Source: the human T2T-CHM13v2.0 reference genome, Homo sapiens
Assembly: GCF_009914755.1 (NCBI RefSeq)
Contig: NC_060935.1
Length of the DNA: 64,000 bases
Strand: one strand, 5' to 3'
Below the pieces are notes generated by a model that was not told the origin of the DNA, did no database searches, and saw only the letters and a program-made list of their open reading frames with translations. This document shows, one piece after another, positions 53,625 through 64,000 of this stretch; position 1 is the stretch's first letter, and the number at the start of each line of letters is the position of its first letter. A program made the position numbers and the translations under genes.

Positions 53625-53920
53625 GTTTTTTGTTTTGTTTTTTATTTGTTGAGAGAGGGTCAAGTGCTAGAGTGTAGTGGCACGATCTTGGCTCACTGCA
53701 ACCTCTGCTTCCCAGACTCAAGCTATACTCTCACCTCAGCCTCCCGAGTAGCTAGGACTACAGGTGCATGCCACCAGGCCATGCTAATTTTTGTAGTTTT
53801 TGTAGAGATGAGGTTTCGCCATACTGCCCAGGCTGGTCTCGAACTCCTGGGCCCAAGTGATCCTCCAGCCTCGGCCTCCCAAAGTGCTGAGATTACAGGT
53901 GTGAGCCCCCACACCTGGCC
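53625..53920 (-). mobile_element. AluJ/S
   Basis: diverged Alu. Confidence 0.8.
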
Positions 53921-55546
53921 GAAACTTTTAATTTTTATCATTGAGTTTGGTGTTTGCTGTGGGTTTTTCATATATGGTCTTTATTATGTTGAGGTAGTTT
54001 CCTTCTACTCCTAGTTTGTTGAATGTTTTTATTGTATAAGGGTTTTGAATTCTGTCAAATGCTTTTTCTGCATTAACTGAGATGATCCTGTGGGATTTTT
54101 TCCCTCTATTTTGTAAATGCGGTGTATTGTATTGATTGATTTTAATATGTTGACTCAAACTTGCATTTCAGGAATATATTTATAATCCTTTTAATATCCT
54201 GCGAATTTGGTTTGCTAGTATTTTGTTGAAGATTTATGTGGTGTATTGGTCTGTAGTTTTCTTTTCTTGTAATGTCTTTGTCTAGCTTCGGTATCAGGGT
54301 AATGCTGGTCTCCCAGAATAAGTTAGGAAGTATTCCTCCTCTTTGTTTTTCTTTTAAAAAGTTTGAGGAGGACTGATGTTAATTCTTATATAAATATTTG
54401 GTAGAACTCATCAGTGAAGCCATCTGGTCCAGGGCTTTTCATTGTTGGGGTATTTTGATTACTAATTCAATTTCCTTACTCCAAATTATGGACCTACTCA
54501 GAGTTTCTATTTCTTCATGAGTCAGTTTTGGTAAAATATGTGTTTGTAGGAATTTATCTGTTTGACCTATGTTTCCAATTTGCTAGCAGATAATTGTTCA
54601 TAGTATTCTCATATAATCTTTTTTATTTCTGTTTGCATCTGCAAAAATGTCCCCACTTTTTTCTGATTTTAGTAATTTGATTTTTCTCTCTTTTTTTCTT
54701 AGTCAATCTAGGTAAGGGTTGTCAATTTTGTTGATTTTTTCAAAGGAATAACTTTTGGTTTCATTGACTTCCTTTATTTTTCTGTTCTGTCTTTTATTTA
54801 TCTCTGCTCTAACCTTTATTATTTTCTTTCTTCTTCTAGCTTTGGTTTGGATTTGCTTTTCTTTTTCTAGTTCCTTATGATGTAAAATCAGTTTTTTGAT
54901 TTGCAATTTTTCTTTTTTTTCAATGTACAGCAGGTCTTCAAATAATGTTGTTTTATTTAGCATTGTATCATTATTAGGTTGATGAGAAAAACAAATTACT
55001 TCCCTGCTGGGACAGTGTCTGTGTGGAGTTTGCATGTTCTTCCCAAGTCTGCGTAGGTTTTCTTTGGGTACTCCAGGTTCCTCCTACATCCCAAAGATGC
55101 GCACATTAGGTGAACTGGCATTTCTAAATGGTCCCACAGTCTGAATGAGTGGGGGTGTGCATGTGAGTACACCCCATGATGGGATGGCATCCCATCCAGG
55201 GTCAGTTCCCTCTTTGTGCCCTAAGCTTCCAGGATAGGCTCCAACAACCTATGACCCTGAACTGGAATAAGTCAGTTGGAAAATGAATGAATGAATGAAT
55301 GAATACAAAGTTTATAAAATAAAAATTCATAAAGTCTACAATAATCATACAGACGCACAACATAAGCAATGCTATAATAGAAAGCATTCAGCGAAGCCTC
55401 CAGATTTGTGACTGTTTGCCTTTGAACTGCATGGTGGTAGGAGACACTCCTTATAATTTTCACTTTGCAAACATTTATTCCTTGATTTAACTCACCACTG
55501 CTACAAATGCTGTCACTCACTGATTTACCAAAAATTGGGTAAATAA

Positions 55547-55867
<321 letters not shown>

Positions 55868-56362
55868 AGTAATCTTTCTTAAATGTATGTATACTTCATA
55901 TTTATCTTGATGTTTAGTGTTAGAAGTATGGAGGAATCATATTACCTGACTTCAAATTGTACTAAAGAGCTATAGTAACCAAAGCAACATGATACTGGCA
56001 TAGAAACAGACACATACACCAATGGAACAGAGTAAGGAACCCGGAAACAAATCCACACACCTACAGTGAACTCATTTTTGACAAAGGTGCCAAGAACATA
56101 AACTGGGGAAAAGACAGTCTCTTTAATAAATGGTGCTGGGAAATCAGGTTATCCATATGCATAAGAATGAAACTAGATTCCTATCTCTTGCCATATACAA
56201 AAATTAAATGAAAATCGATTAAAGACTTAAAGCTAAGACCTCAAACTATGAAACTACTACAAGAAAACATTGGGGAAACTCTTAGACATTGGCCTGGGTA
56301 AGTTTCTTGAGTCGTACCCTACAAACACAGGCAACCAAAGCAAAAATGGACAAATGGGATCA

Positions 56363-56689
<327 letters not shown>

Positions 56690-57649
56690 GGCTTTGCACA
56701 GCAAAGGAAACAAAGTGAAGAGACAATCCACAGAATGGGAGAAAATATTTACAAACTACTCATCTGACAAGAGATTAATAACCAGAATACATAAGGAACT
56801 CAAACAACTCTATAAGAAAAATCTCATAATCTAATTTAAAATGGGCAAAAACTGAATAGACATTTCTCAAAAGACACAAATGGAAAACAAGCACATGAAA
56901 AGGTGCTCAACATCATTGATCATCAGAGAAGTGCAGATCAAAACTGCAATGAGGTATCTCACCCCAGTTAAAATGGCTTTTGTCCAAAACACAGGCAGTA
57001 ACAAATGCTGGCAGGATGTGGATAAAAGGGAACCCTTGTACACTGTTGGTGGGAATATAAATTAGTACAACACTATAGATAACAGTTTTGAGGTTCCTCA
57101 AAAAACTAAAAATAGAGCTACCATAGGATCCAGCAATCCCACTGCTGGGTGTATATCCCAAAGAAAGGAAATCAGTATATGAAAGAGATATCTGCACTCC
57201 CAAGTTTGTGGTAGCTCTGTTCACAATAGCCAAGATTTGGAAGCAACCTAAATGTCTGTCAACAGATGAATGGATAAAGACAACATGTTACTTACACACA
57301 ATGGAGTACTAGTCAGCCATAAGAAAGATTGAGATACTGTCATTTGCAACAACATGGATGGAACTCTGAAAGTCATTATGTTAAGTGAAATAAACCAGGC
57401 ACAGAAAGAGAAACATCACATGTTCCTGCTTATTTGTGGCATCTGAAAATTGGAACAATTGAACTCATAGCAATAGAGTAGAAGGATTGTTACCAGAGGC
57501 TGAGAAGGGTAGTGTGGGTTGGGGGAAGGTGGGGATGGTTAAGGCGCTCAAAAAAAAAAAAACCAGAAAGAATGAATAAAACGATATGATAGCACAACAG
57601 GGTGACTATAGTCAATAATAATTTAACTGTACTTTTGTGTGTGTGCATG

Positions 57650-57963
<314 letters not shown>

Positions 57964-58076
57964 TAATTGGATTGTTTGTAATACAAAGGATAAATGTTTG
58001 AGGAGATGGATACCCCATTGTCCATTATGTGATTATTATGCATTGTATGCCTGAATCAAAACAATTCATGTACCCC

Positions 58077-58080
<4 letters not shown>

Positions 58081-58108
<28 letters not shown>
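58081..58108. repeat. (AT)14 microsatellite
   Basis: direct reading. Confidence 0.9.
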
Positions 58109-58111
<3 letters not shown>

Positions 58112-58414
58112 TACTATGTACCCACAAAAATTAAAAAAAAAAAATTAGAAGTGTTTTTGGTTTCTATTGAGAAGTTTGATGATATTTTCATGACCAGAAG
58201 TATGTTTTTGTTTAGCTATGTTTTCATGACCAGAAATATAGTTTTGTTTACATCAGCCTATGGTAAAATTGTTATTAAAGTCACAGTTTCCAAGAACCTA
58301 TCAACAGTGTTAAGTAAGGACTTATTGTATGTGTTTACAGATATAAATTTCTGTTTAGTATTGCTTTTACTGCACCCCATAAGTTTTGGTATGTTGTATC
58401 CTCTTTTTCCTTTC

Positions 58415-59103
58415 TTTTTTATTTATTTATTTATTTTTGAGACAGTCTCACTCTGTTGCCCAGGCCAGAGTGCAGTGGTGCGATCTTGGCTCACTACAAC
58501 CTCTGTCTCCAGGATTCAGGTCATTCTCCCGTCTCAGTCTCCTGAGTAGTTGGGATTACAGGTGCCCGCCACCGTGCCCAGCTAATTTTTGTATTTTTAG
58601 TGGAGATAGGGTTTCACCATGTGGACCAGGCTGGTCTGGGACTCCTGACCTCAAGTAATCCACCCGCCTCGGCCTCCCAAAGTTCTGGGGTTACAGGTGT
58701 AAGTCATCGCACCCAGCCTCTCTTTCTTTTCTTTTTTTGAGACAGGGTCTCTGTCTCTCTCTCTCTTTTTTTTTTTTTTTTTTTTTTTGAGACAGGTGCA
58801 AACATGGCTCACTACTGTCTTGGCCTCCTGGATGCAAGGGGTCCTTTCACCTTAGCTCTCTAAATAGCTGGGACTTCAGGTACGCACCACCATGCATGGC
58901 TATTTTTTTGTATTTTTTGTTGAGACGGGGTTTCACCATTTTGCCTAGGCTGGTCTAGGACTCCTGAGCTAAAGTGATCCACCTGTCTTGGCCTCCCAAA
59001 GTATTGGGATTACAGGTGTGAGCCACGGCACCCAGCCGTGTTCTCTTTTTCATTTGTCTCAAGGTATTTTCCAATTTCCCTTGTGATTTCTTCTTCTTCT
59101 TCT

Positions 59104-59136
<33 letters not shown>

Positions 59137-59415
59137 AGACGGATCTTGCTCTGTCGCCCAGGCTGGTATGCAGTGGTGCAATCTCGGCTCACTGCAGGCT
59201 CCGCCTCCCGGGTTCACGCCATTCTCCTGCCTCAGCCTCCTGAGTAGCTGGGACTACAGGCACCTGCCACCATGCCTGGCTAATTTTTTTGTATTTTTAG
59301 TAGAGATGGGGTTTCACCAAGTTAGCCAGGGTGGTCTCGATCTCCTGACCTCGTGATCCACCCACCTTGGCTTCCCAAAGTGTTGGGATTACAGGTGTGA
59401 GCCACCATACCCGGC
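58415..59415 (-). mobile_element. Cluster of three minus-strand Alus (58415-58718, ~58720-59037, AluY 59106-59415)
   Basis: three consecutive Alu bodies. Confidence 0.83.
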
Positions 59416-59898
59416 AGTGATTTCTTCTTTAATCCAGTAGTTGTTTAAGAGTGTATTGTTTAATTTGTGAATTTTCCATTTTTCCTTCTGTTATTGATTT
59501 CTAATTTTATTTCCTTGTGATCAGAAAAGATACTTTGTATGATTTCAGTCTTTTAAAATGTGTTAAAACTTGTTTTGTGGCCTAACTTGTGGTCTGTCCT
59601 GTAGAAGGTTTCATGTGCACTGAGAAAAATATATCTGCTATTATTGGACAGGATATTCTGCCACAACATTTTAATTTGCCTCTAACTCCCCAATACCAGA
59701 CAAAGCTGCAGAGAATATCCTCATATATGTTCCTTTATGGACCTGTGTAAATTACCCATATGCTGAATTGGTGAGTCCCGAGGTATATCTTTATTTAATT
59801 TGACTATTGCTCTCAAGAATGGCTGTGCCACTCACATACCCATCAACAAGGCCTGAGGCTTCCTATGTTGCCATATCTCTGCTAACACTTAACATTAA

Positions 59899-60453
<555 letters not shown>

Positions 60454-60714
60454 TTGTAAAGAGATAGCTTATTGTTACTTTGGTTTGCATTTCATTGACT
60501 ACTAGTTATTTTCAGCATTCCTTTGTATGCATGTTGGCTTCTTGATTTCCACTTGTATAAATGTCCTATAGTCTTTGTCCTTTTTAAAGAAAATTGGAGT
60601 AGCTGTCCTTTTCTTGCTGATTCTTAGGAATTCCTTGTATATTATTGCTATTAACGCTATTATTCCTTGTGAATTTTAGAGATTTCATATACCTTCTCCC
60701 TCCCTGTAAGCTGC

Positions 60715-61190
60715 TGTGGAGGATTAAGTTTGGCTGGAAACTCTTTTACTCTCCCTCCACCAAGAGGTAGGGGGTCTGTGCCCTTCCCTTGGAATGTAGA
60801 AAGGCTTTGCAACTGCTTTGGTAAAAAAATTATGGCAAAAGAAACGCTGTGTAAATTTCCAGCCCAAGCCTTAAACTTGCAGCTCCCACTTTCTGTCTTT
60901 TGGAACACTCCTTGGATACCTGAACCACTGTATAAGAAATCTGACTATCTGCTGGAGAGATCTTGTAGAGAGATCCTGACACTATGTGGACAGGGAGAGA
61001 GGCCCAGCTGAGCCCACCTTTCCAACCATCCGTGCCAAGGCATCAGGAATGAGAGTTAAGTCACCTTAAAACCTATAGATGAGACCATCTACCAGCTGAA
61101 TACCACCTGGTAAGGTTTAATAAAATGATCGTTGTTTTAAGCCACTAAATTTTCAGGTCGTTTGATATGCAGAAGTAGATAACCAGCACA
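60715..61190 (+). mobile_element. MLT1-type MaLR LTR
   Basis: tgtgg...gttttaagccactaaatttt...gcagaagtagataaccagcaca. Confidence 0.65.
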
Positions 61191-61284
61191 GTATTCCATA
61201 ATCTGACATTGTGTGCTGCAAATTTGCTGAATTATCTTGTTAGTTCTAACAGTTTGTTGATTCTGATTTTTTGGGGGGTGGGGG

Positions 61285-61581
61285 AGGACAGGGTCTCACC
61301 CCCGCTTCCCCAGGCTGGAGTGCGGTGATGTGATCTTGGCTCGCTGCAGCCTTGAATCTCCAACTCCTGGGCTCAGGTGATTCTCCCACCTCAGCCTCCC
61401 AAGTACCTGGAACTACAGGTGTGCACCAATACGCCTGACTAATTTTTTTCTTTTTTTTTTTCAGTAGAGATGGAGTTTCACCATGTTGTCCAGCTGGTCT
61501 CAAACTCCTGGGCTAAAGTGATTCTCCCACCTCAGCATCCCAAAGTCCTGGGATTGCAGGCATGAACCACCGTGCCTGGCC
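61285..61581 (-). mobile_element. AluJ
   Basis: diverged Alu. Confidence 0.8.
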
Positions 61582-62587
61582 TGTCTGTTGATTCTTTTGG
61601 GGTTGTTTTAGCAGATTATTATATCATTTATAACTAATAACAGTTTCATCTCTACCTTTCCAATTCTTACACCTCTTCTTTGTTTTTCTTCAGTTATGGC
61701 ATTGGTCAGAACCTTTACTGCTATGTAAAATATTAGGAGTGACAATGGGCATCCTTGTCTTGCTCAGGATATTCAAAGGAATAGAATGAATTTAAATTTT
61801 CATTGGTAAGTATGTTTGCGCTAAGTTTTTGTTATATAATATTTACCAATTTGAGGAAATTTCTTTTATTTCTGATTTTCTAACAGAAGTTTCCCTCCAT
61901 GTAAATAGAGAAGCTGAACCACACATTAGTTGGAATAATCATAAGATTTTATTTTCTTTTAGTCTATTAACATAGTGAATTTATATTGAGAGATTTTCCA
62001 ATATTGAACCATAAAATATGCATTCCTGGCGTATTTTACTTTGAGTGATAACTTACCTAAAACTATGAGTTAACAGCTATTTCTACCCCACCAGTACTTT
62101 GAAGCCATTACTCTACTGTCTTTTGATTTTTACTGATGCTGAGAAGTCTGCTGTCAATCTAATCGTAACTCATTTGTAATTAACACATCTTTTTGTCCTC
62201 ATATCTTTTAAGATTTTTCTCATCCTTATTGTTCTGGATTTTCACAGTCATATATTTAGGTGTATATTTAGTATTATTTATCCTGCCCAATATCTGAAGA
62301 CCCACATCTTCAATTCTGAAAAATCTCTTCAAGTAATGCTTTATCATTTTCTCTATTAATTCTTAGAAGCACCTGTTTGGATACATATTGGTTTCTCATT
62401 TTCTCCTCCGTATATCCTAACTGTTCTTATTTTTTAAAATCTTTTCCCCCAATTTGCTGTATTCTGAGTGAATTCCTCAGCTTTCTTTCAATTTCTAAAT
62501 GTGTAACTTTGTTCCTTATAGCATTCATAACATCAACTAGTTTCTAATACATCTAAATGGGTCTTTTTCATGTCCATCCACTTTTAA

Positions 62588-62968
<381 letters not shown>

Positions 62969-63392
62969 TAATTTTTATTTAATTTTTTTAATTTGGAAAA
63001 AGTGCTTCTTACAAAAAGGCAGCTGCAAAATATAGGAATGGAAAATACCTCTGCAACAATTACTTGTCTTTTTCTTAAAGTAAAAGAATGGGTGGGTTCT
63101 AAGGTTCTTCATTTTTCTTATTGTTGATTTTATTGTTGCCTATCTTTCTTACTACGAGATTTCTTCATGTGTTTGGAATTTTGATTTTCAATAGATTCTC
63201 AGTTTGCTTTTCCTTCTTTATTTCTCTGCTTCTATGCCCACCACTCCTTACTCTCTAGTGGTTTTGCAGTTGCCTTCATCGCACTTCTTACATCTCCTTC
63301 CCAGTTCTAAATAGGATTTTATAATGATGAGTGGGGCTACCATCCTGCTGTCATATTGGGTGCTATCACTGAACTGCAAGATATCATATATA

Positions 63393-63693
63393 GGCCGGAC
63401 ACAGTGGCTCACGCCTATAATCCCAGCACTTTGGGAGGCTGAGGTGGGTGAATCATTTGAGGTCAGGGGTTCAAGACCAGCCTGGCCAACATGATGAAAC
63501 ACCATTTCTACTAAGAATTTTAAAAAATTAGCCGGGTATGGTGAAGGGTTCCTGTAATCCCAGCTACTAGGAGGCTGAGGCAGAAGAATTGCTTGAACCC
63601 GGGAGGTGGACGTTGCAGTGAGCCGAGATCACACCACTGCACTCCAGCCTGGGCTACTGAGCAAGACTCTGTCTCAAAAAAAAAAAAAAAAAA
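63393..63693 (+). mobile_element. AluS
   Basis: Alu dimer; TSD aagatatcatatata. Confidence 0.87.
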
Positions 63694-64000
63694 GATATCA
63701 TATATAAATTCTGAATCATGAGGCTATGTCTTGGTCTTTCCACCTCACTAAGCCCAGCTTCTATTCAACTATAATCCAGAAGGCAGATGGACAGGATTTT
63801 TCTGCCTTTCTTTCACGAGTGGGAAAATCCCACCACAGCCACTGGCATTAAATAATGAGCCAATTGCTTCATCTGTCTTATTCTTCTGTCTTAGATTGAG
63901 AATTATTAGTCTCATTACCCTGTAGGAGTCGAACTCATCAGCTTCCACTGTCTTCTTCTAACTAGAGTCTAAAACGCCCAACCTCCTAAATTTTATTTAT

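Overview
Human genomic DNA, recognised from the encoded proteins as the ALG9 - FDXACB1 - CFAP68(C11orf1) locus on 11q23.1. The minus strand carries ALG9 coding exons 1-11 (33725 down to 474; the 3' exons lie left of the window) and all five FDXACB1 exons (41375-37166, 624 aa). The plus strand carries CFAP68 (41804-46123, 150 aa), head-to-head with FDXACB1 across a CpG-island bidirectional promoter. There are two processed pseudogenes: a GNG5 copy with an intact ORF and CAAX box in ALG9 intron 4, and an RPL37A copy split by an Alu. Repeats include about 60 Alus, a MER41A-type solo LTR, MER6/MER20/MER58 DNA transposons, an MLT1 LTR and a deeply nested L1 cluster (48.6-59.7 kb). All exon boundaries were read from the sequence, and phases sum correctly. 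Main signals: (1) a strong 3' splice site 7 nt upstream of the ALG9 ATG, in frame with the FDXACB1 exon 2/3/4 donors, predicting a read-through fusion of a BMT5-like SAM-methyltransferase domain to full-length ALG9; (2) a 42-bp tandem duplication giving ALG9 exon 5 two equally consensus 5' splice sites, the distal one adding a premature stop; (3) two extra candidate first exons for CFAP68, one antisense inside FDXACB1 exon 1 and one preceded by RFX X-box-like motifs. Repeat subfamily calls and repeat ends are by eye and approximate.
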